This document shows positions 19,647 to 28,919 of a stretch of 64,000 nt of DNA, piece by piece. A model generated the notes under the pieces. It was not told the origin of the DNA, made no database searches, and worked only from the letters and a program-made list of their open reading frames with translations. Source of the DNA: Alphaproteobacteria bacterium (GTDB lineage: Bacteria > Pseudomonadota > Alphaproteobacteria > MPNO01 > UBA830); NCBI GenBank assembly GCA_965243135.1, contig OZ251539.1, forward strand, positions 1,472,001 to 1,536,000, in the 5' to 3' direction. Each line of letters opens with the position of its first letter. Position 1 is the first letter of the stretch. Made by a program: the position numbers and the translations under genes.

Positions 19647-20831
19647 TCAGGCATCGACCTCCGCGCCGGGAACGGCGATCGGCGGCCCGGCCAGCGCGAG
19701 CAACGCTTCGTCCGCGCCGGAGGAACCGACGATCGAAACGCCGAGCGGCGCATCCGCATGCGCGAGCGGAAGACTGATCTGCGGCAGGCCGGCAAGGCCC
19801 GCGGGGCAGGTGAGGCCCATCGTTCGGGCGCGGAAGGCGTCGATTTCCTCCGGACTCGCATCCCGCCGCGGACAGCAGGGCGCCGTGGGCATGACGACGA
19901 TCGCGCCGTCCGCGAGCAGGGAGGCCATGCGCGCCCGCGCCGCGTCGCGAATCGGCCGATAGTTCTCGACGCGGGAAGCCGTCAGGGTCGCGGCGTATGC
20001 GAAGCGTTCCTTCACGCCAGGACCGAATTCCGGGCGGTTGGCGATTACCCAGTCGCCGTGATTCCTCCAGATCTCGAACGCCTGGATGTGCCGGAACGCT
20101 TCGAACCATTCGTCCAGGCCCGCAGGAGCGAGCGTTACGGTTTCTCGCTTCAACCCGCGATCCCGAATCCAGGCTTCCGCAGCGGTTTCCGCCGCCTGGC
20201 GTTCGCCGTCGGGCAACCGGTCGAAGGCGTCCTCGGCCAGCAACGCCCGTTCCGGAACCGGGGCAGCGGGGGACTCGTCCAGCAGAACGCCGCCGATCGC
20301 CGCGAGGAGCGCGGAGTCGCGGGCGAACCAGCCGACCGCGTCGAAGGAGCCGGCGAGCGGCGCGACGCCGGAATCGTCCACGCGCCCGTGGGTGGGGCGG
20401 ATGCCGTAGATTCCGGAAAAGCTGGCCGGGCACCGGACGGAACCGCCGCAGTCCGTCCCAAGCGCAAAATCGACCAGCCCGCCGGCCACCGCCGCGGCGG
20501 AACCCGACGAAGAGCCGCCGATGGAGCGGTCGGGCGCGGCCGGATTGACGGGAGCGCCGTAATGAACGTTGTCCCCCGCCAAGCTGTAGCACATCTCGTC
20601 GCATACGGTCTTTCCGACGAGCGACGCGCCGGCGTCGAGGATCTTCGCCACCGCGGCGGCGTGTTCGCCGGGCGCCGGATGGGTCCGGCGCCAGATCGGC
20701 TGGCCGTTTCCCGTCGGAATGCCGGCGATATCGAAAACGTCCTTCGCGGCGAAGGACAGCCCCCGCAGCGGACCGCCGTCCGAGCCGGACAGCGAGGTCC
20801 GTTCCAGAAACGCGCCGAACCTGTCTTCCAT
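19647..20831 (-). CDS. Amidase-signature family amidase
   Basis: AAKD, GGSSSGSAAAVA, LGTDCGGSVRCPASF. Confidence 0.92.
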   Translation of the reverse strand: MEDRFGAFLERTSLSGSDGGPLRGLSFAAKDVFDIAGIPTGNGQPIWRRTHPAPGEHAAAVAKILDAGASLVGKTVCDEMCYSLAGDNVHYGAPVNPAAPDRSIGGSSSGSAAAVAGGLVDFALGTDCGGSVRCPASFSGIYGIRPTHGRVDDSGVAPLAGSFDAVGWFARDSALLAAIGGVLLDESPAAPVPERALLAEDAFDRLPDGERQAAETAAEAWIRDRGLKRETVTLAPAGLDEWFEAFRHIQAFEIWRNHGDWVIANRPEFGPGVKERFAYAATLTASRVENYRPIRDAARARMASLLADGAIVVMPTAPCCPRRDASPEEIDAFRARTMGLTCPAGLAGLPQISLPLAHADAPLGVSIVGSSGADEALLALAGPPIAVPGAEVDA

Positions 20832-20851
20832 CCCGGAAGCGAACGGGGAGG

Positions 20852-21328
20852 TCAATCGAGCTTCCGGCGGAATGTCCGGTGGCATCCGCTGCAGCTGCGG
20901 CCCAGCGCGCTGAACGCCGCGCGCATGTCGTTCCCGGAAGACGCCGCCAGCTTTTCGGCGAGCGTCGCGAGCTCCAGCGCCGCCGTCTCGAATTCGTTCC
21001 GCATCAGCCAGATCTCGGGGCGCGCTCCCGTGGCCTCGGGGTATTTGTCCATGTCCGTGCCGACGGGGAATTGCGCGGCGACGGATTTCGCAAGGGAGGC
21101 GATCTCCAGCGCGCTCTCCGCGACCGCCTGGCGATCGCCGCTCGCCAGGAGGCTGCCGATTTTCTTCATGCTCGCGCCGAGCGAGGCCATCGTCGCGTGG
21201 CGTTCGGCGATTGCGGCAGCGGCCACCGGGTCGGACACCTTCGCGCCGATGAGCGACTTATCGTGCGCCGTCGCCGATCCGGCGGCGACCGCCAGCCCAA
21301 GCGCGGCAATGGCGGCGAATCTTTTCAT
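20852..21328 (-). CDS. Class II cytochrome c (c'/c556 type), periplasmic
   Basis: Signal peptide; ARPEIW; C-terminal CSGCH heme motif. Confidence 0.9.
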   Translation of the reverse strand: MKRFAAIAALGLAVAAGSATAHDKSLIGAKVSDPVAAAAIAERHATMASLGASMKKIGSLLASGDRQAVAESALEIASLAKSVAAQFPVGTDMDKYPEATGARPEIWLMRNEFETAALELATLAEKLAASSGNDMRAAFSALGRSCSGCHRTFRRKLD

Positions 21329-21371
21329 GTCATGTCTCCTTTCGAGCGCGTTCGGAGGCTGGAACCCCGCG

Positions 21372-22364
21372 TCATGCGCCGAGCAGTTTGCGCGTGTTGC
21401 CCTCGTACATCAGCTCCCGATCCGCGTCCGAGCAACGCAGATTGCCAAGGACGTCGATCGTCGAGCGGATGAGCCGCGCTCCGCCTTCTTCGTCGTACGG
21501 GCAGTCGGTCGCGAAAAACGAGTGGTCCGCGCCGAAGAAATCCAGGCCCGCCTGGCTCGCCGCGCGGGCGCCGAACATCGCGGTATCGCCGTAGAAGTCC
21601 CTGAAATACTCCACCAGCGGCTTCCTCAGCACGTCGCGGAACGATTTGCCGTCGCCCATTTCCGCGTTGCGGCTCTCCCAGCTCGGCGAGAAACGTCCTT
21701 CGGCGTGCGGCGCATAGGCTCCCCAGTGATGGGCGATGATTCTGAGGCCGGGGATTTCGTCGAACATGCCCGAGCAGACGATGCGCGCCATGGCGGCGCT
21801 CGTCTCGTAGGCCCAGCCGAATCCCCAGAAGATCTCGTAGAACGAACGGTCTTCCGTCAGGTAGTCGGGATGCGTGGACGGGCGCGTCGGATGCAGCCAG
21901 ATCGCCTTTCCGCGCTCGACGATCCGGGCGAAGACGTCGCGGAACTCGGGAGCGTCGAGCGCCCGCCCGTTCACGTTGGAAAACAGTTGGAATCCGACTG
22001 CGCCGAGTTCGTCGATCGCCCGGTCGATCTCGGTCAGGGCGGCCTTCGGGGCGTTCATGGGCAACGAGGCGATGAACCAGGGCATGCGGTCGGGGTGCTC
22101 GCGGCAGATCCGCGCCATGCCGTCGTTCGCCGCCCGCGTCAGCCCGGGACTCCTGTCGGGTCCCGCGATCGCGTCGATCGGCGGCTGCGACATCGAAACG
22201 ATCTGCCGGTAATCGTCGAACTCGTCGAGCATGCGCAACCGCGCGTCCATGTCGTAGATGGTGCGGATCGATTTCCAGCGCTTCACCGCGGCGGCCGGCA
22301 TCAGGCTTTCCACTTGCTCGAAGAATTCGGGCGGAAAGACATGGTTGAATACGTCGATTTTCAT
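21372..22364 (-). CDS. Amidohydrolase_2 family protein (decarboxylase/hydrolase-like)
   Basis: MKIDVFNH, AANDGMA, IWLHP, AHHWG, FATDCPY. Confidence 0.85.
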   Translation of the reverse strand: MKIDVFNHVFPPEFFEQVESLMPAAAVKRWKSIRTIYDMDARLRMLDEFDDYRQIVSMSQPPIDAIAGPDRSPGLTRAANDGMARICREHPDRMPWFIASLPMNAPKAALTEIDRAIDELGAVGFQLFSNVNGRALDAPEFRDVFARIVERGKAIWLHPTRPSTHPDYLTEDRSFYEIFWGFGWAYETSAAMARIVCSGMFDEIPGLRIIAHHWGAYAPHAEGRFSPSWESRNAEMGDGKSFRDVLRKPLVEYFRDFYGDTAMFGARAASQAGLDFFGADHSFFATDCPYDEEGGARLIRSTIDVLGNLRCSDADRELMYEGNTRKLLGA

Positions 22365-22417
22365 TTCCGTCGACTCCTGCGGTTCAACCGGGGCGAAATC
22401 CGGGCGAGATTCGCCGT

Positions 22418-23038
22418 TCAGTAGGATCCCCACGCCCGGCGCGCAGCGGGCCGGGCTTCGATCGCGTCGTGCCAGCGCCGGAGGTTCGGGAAATCGTCCA
22501 GTCCGAAGTGGCGGACGCCGTGGATGTGAACGTCCGGATAGCAGGCGATGTCGGCGATGGAGTATTCGTCTCCCGCGAGATGCGCGTTCTCCGCGAGACG
22601 GCGGTCGAGAACGCCCAGCAGATCGCGAAGCGTCGATTCGTAATGCGCCTTGGCCGCCGGGACGTCCTCGCCGAAACGGTAAAAGAAGAGGCCGAACTGC
22701 TGCGCGAGGGTGGTGAACGTCGCCGAGCCGAAGATGAACCACTGGTCGACGGCGAGCCGCCGCACCGGATCCTCGGGATAGAGATCCGGCGACGCCTTCT
22801 CGGCGAGATACTTGAGGATGGCGCCGGACTCGCAAAGCGTTATCCGCTGCGCGCCCGGTCCGTCATGATCGACGATGGCCGGGATCTTGTGGCCCGGGCT
22901 GATCTTCATGAACTCGGGATCGAACTGCTCCCGCTTGGTGAGGTCGACCGGCCGGATCGCGTGCTCGACCCCCGTTTCCTCGACCATCTGCCGCGCCTTG
23001 TAGCCGTTGTCCGTCGCCCAGAAATAAAGCTCGATCAT
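22418..23038 (-). CDS. Glutathione S-transferase family protein (YfcG-like)
   Basis: TDNG, ISPGHKIPAIVD, ESGAILKYLAEK, YSIADIA. Confidence 0.9.
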   Translation of the reverse strand: MIELYFWATDNGYKARQMVEETGVEHAIRPVDLTKREQFDPEFMKISPGHKIPAIVDHDGPGAQRITLCESGAILKYLAEKASPDLYPEDPVRRLAVDQWFIFGSATFTTLAQQFGLFFYRFGEDVPAAKAHYESTLRDLLGVLDRRLAENAHLAGDEYSIADIACYPDVHIHGVRHFGLDDFPNLRRWHDAIEARPAARRAWGSY

Positions 23039-23183
23039 GTCGCCTCCGCCTTCTCTCGGTTTCCCGAGGACAGTCTACCGCCGCCGTTCCTCGTTGCAAC
23101 GCTCGGAAAGCGGCCGGGACGGTTGCAGGGCGAGCGGAATTCCGTCAGTCTGAAATGCAGACCACCATAGGGAGTAGCCGAAA

Positions 23184-24215
23184 ATGATCCGGACCATGCT
23201 TGCCGCCGCCGCGGCCTTCGCTTCTCTGGCGTTCCTCGCGCAGTCCGCCGCCGCGGCGGATATCGAGCGGAAATACAAGGGACGCACCATCACCATCGTG
23301 CTCGGCTACGGAGCCGGCGGCACCTACGGCAAGACCTCGCTGCTGCTGAGCCGGCATCTGGGCAAGTTCATTCCGGGCAACCCCACGCTGGTGGTCCAGC
23401 ACATGCCCGGCGCCGGCGGCCTCAAGGCCGCGAACTACGCCTACAACGCCATGCCGAAGGAGGGCTTCCACTTCCTGATGCCGCCGGACATGTCGATCGT
23501 TTCGCAAGTTCTTCGTCCCACGAAGGTCAAGTACGACGCGCGCAACTTCACCTTTCTCGGCCGCGTGTTCGGCTCGAACAACCTCGTCGCGGTTCGACGG
23601 GATACCGGCGTGACCGGCCTCGACGCCGCCCGCAAGAAGCAGGTCATCATGGGCTCGACCGGCAAGGGTTCGCCCACCTTCATCGTTACCTCGCTCGTCA
23701 ACGGAATGCTGGGCGCGAAGTTCAAGATCGTCACGGGCTACAAGGGTTCCGCGAGAACCCGGCAGGCGATGGAGCAGGGCGAGGTGCAGGGAGTCTCGCT
23801 CGCGTGGGCCGCCTGGAAGAACGCGCATCTCCATTGGTTCCAGGGCGCCGATTCTTTTGCCGTCGGCATCGTGCAGAGCGGTTTTCGCCGCGATCCTGAC
23901 CTTCCCGATATCCCGCTGATCAGCGAGCTTGTCGAGGGCGACGACTCCAAGGCGGCCGCCGACCTGATCGCCACCTCCAGCCTGATCGGACGCAGCCTGG
24001 TGCTGCCGCCCGGCGCTCCGAAGGAATTGGTCGAGCCCCTCCGGGAGGCCTTCTGGAAGACGGTGAACGATCCTGAATTCATGGCCGACGCGAAAAAGAC
24101 CAAGCTGCCGCTTTCGCAATTGAAGGGCGCTGAAATCCAGGCCACGGCCGAGCGCATTCTCGGCATGTCGCCGGACACCGCCGCGAAGGCCAGAAAGGCG
24201 ATTTTCGGCGGTTGA
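23184..24215 (+). CDS. Tripartite tricarboxylate transporter substrate-binding protein (Bug/TctC-like)
   Basis: Signal peptide; GYGAGGTYG, VQHMPGAGG, VTGYKGS...AMEQGEVQG. Confidence 0.88.
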   Translation: MIRTMLAAAAAFASLAFLAQSAAAADIERKYKGRTITIVLGYGAGGTYGKTSLLLSRHLGKFIPGNPTLVVQHMPGAGGLKAANYAYNAMPKEGFHFLMPPDMSIVSQVLRPTKVKYDARNFTFLGRVFGSNNLVAVRRDTGVTGLDAARKKQVIMGSTGKGSPTFIVTSLVNGMLGAKFKIVTGYKGSARTRQAMEQGEVQGVSLAWAAWKNAHLHWFQGADSFAVGIVQSGFRRDPDLPDIPLISELVEGDDSKAAADLIATSSLIGRSLVLPPGAPKELVEPLREAFWKTVNDPEFMADAKKTKLPLSQLKGAEIQATAERILGMSPDTAAKARKAIFGG

Positions 24216-24267
24216 TCGTTGGAGGGAAGGCCCGCTCCTCCGGCGCGGGTCTTCCGTTTTCCGGCTG

Positions 24268-24885
24268 ATGGATCCGGTCGCCGAAGACATCCTCCGTTTC
24301 TGGTTCGGCGCCGCGGACCCGCGCGCCGAGTTCGAGCGGCGCGACGTGTGGTTCAAGGCGACCCCGGAGTTCGACGCGCAGCTCGTCGAGAACTATCTCG
24401 ACGTCCACGAGCGCGCGGCGGCCGGAGCGTTCGACCGCTTCGTGGAGTCCGCCGCGGATTGCCTCGCCCTGATCGTCGCGCTCGATCAGTTCCCGAGAAA
24501 CGTCTATCGCGGGACGCCGCGCGCTTTCGAAGCCGATCCGAAAGCCCGCGAGGTCGCGGCCGCCGCGATCGATCGGGGTTACGACAAGGGCTTCAGTTAC
24601 TTTCCGCGGGTGTTCGTCTACCTGCCGTTTGAGCACAGCGAACGTCTGGCCGACCAGGAGCGTTCCGTCGCCCTGTTCTCCGGCCTCGGCGAAGGGCCGT
24701 CGCTCGACGCGGCCGTCGGCCACTACGAAGCGATCAGGAAATTCGGCCGGTTCCCGCATCGCAATGCCGCGCTCGGGCGCCGCAACACGCCGGAAGAGGA
24801 AGAGTATCTCAAGGATCCGCCGTTATGGGGGATGACGGCCGCCGAGGCGGCCGAACTGGAACGCCGCAAGGCATGCGGATCGTGA
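24268..24885 (+). CDS. DUF924 family protein
   Basis: ILRFWFG, LDQFPRNVYRG, YLPFEHSE, FGRFPHRNAALGR. Confidence 0.92.
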   Translation: MDPVAEDILRFWFGAADPRAEFERRDVWFKATPEFDAQLVENYLDVHERAAAGAFDRFVESAADCLALIVALDQFPRNVYRGTPRAFEADPKAREVAAAAIDRGYDKGFSYFPRVFVYLPFEHSERLADQERSVALFSGLGEGPSLDAAVGHYEAIRKFGRFPHRNAALGRRNTPEEEEYLKDPPLWGMTAAEAAELERRKACGS

Positions 24886-24926
24886 CGGGCAGGCGTTCGG
24901 CCCGCAACCGCAGCTAGCTGCGCCGC

Positions 24927-26012
24927 ATGAGCGGGTCGCTGCGCGTCTGGGCCTGCGGCTGTTCGCACGTCGGCGCCGACAAGGCCGCCGGCCGGGAAAG
25001 CCTCGCCGACGCGATACGCCAATCGGAAACCGGAGACGGGAACCCGGACCTCGCCTTCGACTGGGACGTTTGCCTCAACCTGGGGGACTTCAGCGCCGCG
25101 TTCGGATTGCCGACGGAGGAAGAGGGGGAAGAAATCGTTCGCCAGTTCGGCGCGTTGACCCGGCACCGGCGCGAGGACGTCTACGCTCTTTGCGGCAACC
25201 ACGATCGCAATGCCCCGGACGAGCCGCCCGGACAATGGTTTCGCAAGTACGTCGATCCCTTCGGCGAGAACGCTGCCGTCTCCGGCGTCGACCGCGACCG
25301 CTACAGATATCCGGTTCGCGGCGACTGGGAGTGCTACCGGTTCGACGTCGGCAACGTCCGGTTCCTGATGATGAGCGACGTCAACGAGCCGTCCCTGCCC
25401 GCGGGACGGGGCAAGCTGGGCGGAAATCCCGGCGGCGTCGTAAGCCGCGAGACGTTCGACTGGTGGGTCGATCAGGTGGAATCCAGCCATCGCGACAGGA
25501 TCGTCGTCACCGCGCATCACTACGTTCTGAAGGACACGACGGTCGCGAGCGGAGAGTGGGAAGGAATGACCCGCAACCGGGACGGAAGCTGGCGGTCGGA
25601 ATATCACGGCTATTACGCGGAGGGCACGCCGCAGGGCGCTTCCTATCTCTACTGGGTCGCGGGACGGCCGGACAGCGGCGCGTTCGAATCCTGGCTGGAA
25701 GCCCATCCGGGGGCCGTCGACCTCTGGCTCGGCGCGCACACCCACGCGAACCCCGACGACGCGAGAGGCGGCAAGTCCCATATCGAAACCCGCTACGGCG
25801 GCACGACCTTCGTGAACGTCGCCGCCCTGACCCGGCATTTCGTGAGGGACCACGCCATGCCGATGAGCCGCCTGTTGATCTTCGAGGACGGTTCCGATCT
25901 GCTGCGGATCAAGTGCTGCATGCATACCGACGAGTATCGTCCGCGGGGTTTCTACGAAGAAAAGGAACGGACGGTCCGATTGACCAAGGCGTTCAGCAAG
26001 GAGGAAATGTGA
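24927..26012 (+). CDS. Calcineurin-like metallophosphoesterase (atypical first motif)
   Basis: LGDF, GNHD, AHH and GAHTH motifs. Confidence 0.75.
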   Translation: MSGSLRVWACGCSHVGADKAAGRESLADAIRQSETGDGNPDLAFDWDVCLNLGDFSAAFGLPTEEEGEEIVRQFGALTRHRREDVYALCGNHDRNAPDEPPGQWFRKYVDPFGENAAVSGVDRDRYRYPVRGDWECYRFDVGNVRFLMMSDVNEPSLPAGRGKLGGNPGGVVSRETFDWWVDQVESSHRDRIVVTAHHYVLKDTTVASGEWEGMTRNRDGSWRSEYHGYYAEGTPQGASYLYWVAGRPDSGAFESWLEAHPGAVDLWLGAHTHANPDDARGGKSHIETRYGGTTFVNVAALTRHFVRDHAMPMSRLLIFEDGSDLLRIKCCMHTDEYRPRGFYEEKERTVRLTKAFSKEEM

Positions 26013-26956
26013 TGCGCAAGGAACTGTTCTTCGCGGTCGCGCTTGCCGCGGCCGCCATGGCCGCGCCGGCGGCGCAGGCGCAATGGAAGCCAGCGAAGCC
26101 GGTGACGATGATGGTCATGTTCCCGGCGGGCGGCGGAGGAGACATTCTCGGCCGCGCGGTGGCCAGCTTCATCGAAAAGGAGATGGATGCGAAGATCGTC
26201 GTCGAAAACAGGCGCGGCGGCGGCGGCGCGGCCATGGCCAAGGCGCTGGTGAAGGCGCCTGCCGACGGCTACGCGATCGGCATGGCGGTCAGCGAGACCT
26301 TCGCCTTCGCGCCGGTTCTCAATCCGAACGTCGGTTACGGCCCCTCCGATTTCACGCATCTCGGCTCGATCGCCAGCACCCAGGTCGGCTTGGTCGCGAA
26401 GGCCGACGCGCCGTGGAACGACCTCGAGGAACTCGTCGCCGCGGCGAAGGCGGGGCAGGAGATCACCATCGGGAGCTTCAGCCCGGGGTCGAACGTGATC
26501 ATGCGGCTGGTGGCCAAGCATTTCGGGGCGCCGCTGAAGCTGGTGCCGGTGCGCGGCGGTCGCGCGGGCATCCAGAGCGTCATGGGCGGCCACATCTCGG
26601 CGACGCTGGCCGCAGGCCCGCAGGCGCCGTTGATCCGCAAGGGCGAACTGAAGCTTCTCGCCTCGGCCGAGCGGGAACGGTTGATCGTCGGCGATGCCCC
26701 CACCTTCATCGAATACGGCGCGAAGGATGCGTTTTTCGACGTCAAGTGGACGTTTTCCGCGCCCGCCGGCCTGCCGGAGAATATCGCGGCGGCCTATACC
26801 GGCGCTCTGAAGGCCGCGACCGGCGACGAGAAGCTGAAGGGTCTGATCCAGGACAGGCTGAGCCTGAAGCTGGAGTTCACGTCCGGCAAGGATCTGCTCG
26901 ACGGAATTCTCGCCGACAGGGAGCGGAACGCGGCGCGCATCGCGGCCGCCAAATGA
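26012..26956 (+). CDS. tctC: Tripartite tricarboxylate transporter substrate-binding protein
   Basis: Signal peptide; FPAGGGGD, VENRRGGGG, APADGY; start ATG 26012 overlaps the upstream stop. Confidence 0.9.
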   Translation: MRKELFFAVALAAAAMAAPAAQAQWKPAKPVTMMVMFPAGGGGDILGRAVASFIEKEMDAKIVVENRRGGGGAAMAKALVKAPADGYAIGMAVSETFAFAPVLNPNVGYGPSDFTHLGSIASTQVGLVAKADAPWNDLEELVAAAKAGQEITIGSFSPGSNVIMRLVAKHFGAPLKLVPVRGGRAGIQSVMGGHISATLAAGPQAPLIRKGELKLLASAERERLIVGDAPTFIEYGAKDAFFDVKWTFSAPAGLPENIAAAYTGALKAATGDEKLKGLIQDRLSLKLEFTSGKDLLDGILADRERNAARIAAAK

Positions 26957-26968
26957 CCTGACGGACCC

Positions 26969-27415
26969 GTGACGGCGGCCGTGGCGAACCGGTCCGACCT
27001 GGCGGTCGGGACGGCGGCCGCGGTTCTGGGCGCGGCCCTGATCTTCTGGATCGTCCCGGCCGCCACGGGGCCGGCCCTGTTCGCGCTCGTTTCACCGCAA
27101 TTCTACCCTCTGCTTGCGGCGTGGCTTCTGGTCGCGGCGGGAGCGGGACTGGCGGTTTCGGGAATCGGAGGCGCAGCCGCCGTGGACGTTCCCCGGCGGC
27201 GCGGGGCGGCGGCGGGGCTCGCGGCCGCCGGCTTGGGGTCGGCGGTTTTCCTGATGCTGAAGATCGGCTTCGTGGCGGCGGGCGCGGCGGTCGTTCTCGC
27301 CGTCATGCTGCTGGCGGGAGAACGGCGAATTCCGTTCCTGGTCGGCCTGCCCGCGACCCTTCCGTTTCTGCTCTGGCTCATGTTCGACGTTCTGCTCGGC
27401 CGGCCGCTGCCGTAA
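26969..27415 (+). CDS. tctB: Tripartite tricarboxylate transporter small permease
   Basis: 4 TM segments; SPQFYP and C-terminal FDVLLGRPLP. Confidence 0.82.
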   Translation: MTAAVANRSDLAVGTAAAVLGAALIFWIVPAATGPALFALVSPQFYPLLAAWLLVAAGAGLAVSGIGGAAAVDVPRRRGAAAGLAAAGLGSAVFLMLKIGFVAAGAAVVLAVMLLAGERRIPFLVGLPATLPFLLWLMFDVLLGRPLP

Positions 27416-27422
27416 CGCTTTC

Positions 27423-28910
27423 ATGCCGGGACTCGACACCGTTCTCGTCGGCGTCGCCGACGCGCTGACGCTGGTCAACGTCGTGTTCGTCGTGATCGGC
27501 GTCGCCACCGGGATCCTCGTCGGCGCGATTCCCGGCCTCAACGGCCCGATGGCGATCGCCATCGCGATCCCGGCGACGTTCTGGCTGCCGCCCTTGCCTG
27601 CGATCGGCTTTCTGATCGGCATCATGAAGGGCAGCGCCGTGGGCGGCGCCGTCCCGGCGATCCTCATGAACACGCCGGGCACGCCGGACTCCGCCCTGAC
27701 CGCCGTCGACGGATATCCCCTCGCCCGGAAGGGAAAGTCCGGCAAGGCCCTCCGGATGGGCCTCTACGCCTCGATCACCGGAGACACGGTGTCCGATATC
27801 GTCCTGTTCACGGCGGCCGCGCCTCTTTCGCTCGTCGCGCTCATGTTGGGGCCGGTCGAACAGGCGGCGCTCATCTTCTTCTCGATCTGCGTCGTCGCGG
27901 GCCTGATCGGAGGCAATCCGTTTCGCGGCCTGACGGCGGCGGCCTTCGGGTTCGTCTTCGCCGCCGTCGGCCAGTCTCCGGAGGAGGCGACGCCCCGCCT
28001 GACCTTCGGCTTCTCCGAGGTGGAGGACGGGCTGCCCCTGGTTTCGGTCGGCATCGGCGTGCTCGTGCTCGGGGAGATTCTGTTCGCGCTCGCCCACCGG
28101 CGCGACGCGACGACAGGTTCGCTCGCGCCGCGACCCGACGCGGACGGCAAGCGGCTCCGCTTCCGGGAATACCTGTCCGCCTCCCGGACGATCTTCCGCT
28201 CCGCCGCCATCGGCACGTTCATCGGCGCGATTCCCGGCGTCGGCTCGACGGTCGCCGCCGCTCTCGGATATTCGGCCGCCCGCCGCGCTTCGAAGACGCC
28301 GGAAAGGTTCGGCGAAGGCGAAATCGAAGGGGTCGCGGCGACCGAAGCCGCGAACAGCGCCGTCGCCGGAGCCAACCTGATTCCGCTTTTGGCGATAGGC
28401 GTCCCCGGAAACGTCGTCGCGGCCTTCCTCCTGGGCGCGCTCGTCATTCACGGCGTCGTTCCGGGCCCGACCCTGATCCGGGACGAAGGACGGTTGGTCT
28501 TCGCGATATTCACGGCCATGGCCGTCGCCAACGTCTCCAATCTGGCGATCGGCCGCATCGGTCTCGGCGCGTTTTCGCTGGTGGCGCGCATCCCCGCCAG
28601 CTTCATCTATCCGTGCGTCGTTTTGCTTTGCTTCGCGGGCGCCTGGATCGGCGGCGGCGGCCCGCCGGGCCTCGTTCTCGTCGCCGCCTTCGGCGCGTTC
28701 GGCTACGGGTTGCGGGCGCTGGGCATGCCGGTCGTCACCTTCATCATCGCTTTCGTTCTGGGACGGCTCTGGGAACTGCCGTTGACGCAGGCCGTCATTC
28801 TGACGCGCCAGGACCCGCTGCGGCTCGCGAACTATCCCGTCGCGCTGCTGATCGTCGCGCTCGGCGTCGGGCTGGTCCTTTACGCCGCGTTCGTCCGTCC
28901 GCGGCGATAG
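27423..28910 (+). CDS. tctA: Tripartite tricarboxylate transporter large permease
   Basis: GAIPGL, AILMNTPGTP, ATEAANSA, PLLAIGVPG, HGVVPGP. Confidence 0.93.
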   Translation: MPGLDTVLVGVADALTLVNVVFVVIGVATGILVGAIPGLNGPMAIAIAIPATFWLPPLPAIGFLIGIMKGSAVGGAVPAILMNTPGTPDSALTAVDGYPLARKGKSGKALRMGLYASITGDTVSDIVLFTAAAPLSLVALMLGPVEQAALIFFSICVVAGLIGGNPFRGLTAAAFGFVFAAVGQSPEEATPRLTFGFSEVEDGLPLVSVGIGVLVLGEILFALAHRRDATTGSLAPRPDADGKRLRFREYLSASRTIFRSAAIGTFIGAIPGVGSTVAAALGYSAARRASKTPERFGEGEIEGVAATEAANSAVAGANLIPLLAIGVPGNVVAAFLLGALVIHGVVPGPTLIRDEGRLVFAIFTAMAVANVSNLAIGRIGLGAFSLVARIPASFIYPCVVLLCFAGAWIGGGGPPGLVLVAAFGAFGYGLRALGMPVVTFIIAFVLGRLWELPLTQAVILTRQDPLRLANYPVALLIVALGVGLVLYAAFVRPRR

Positions 28911-28919
28911 GCGGCGGGA

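Noticed and set aside
19350-22424. Very long alternative ORFs (this 1024-aa ORF; also 158-1276, 5639-7558, 15207-17309, 17237-19525, 46729-49107, 56897-59242, 60626-63061)
   Set aside because: Antisense or off-frame shadows of well-supported genes; Arg/Gly/Ala-rich with no motifs, as expected in high-GC DNA.
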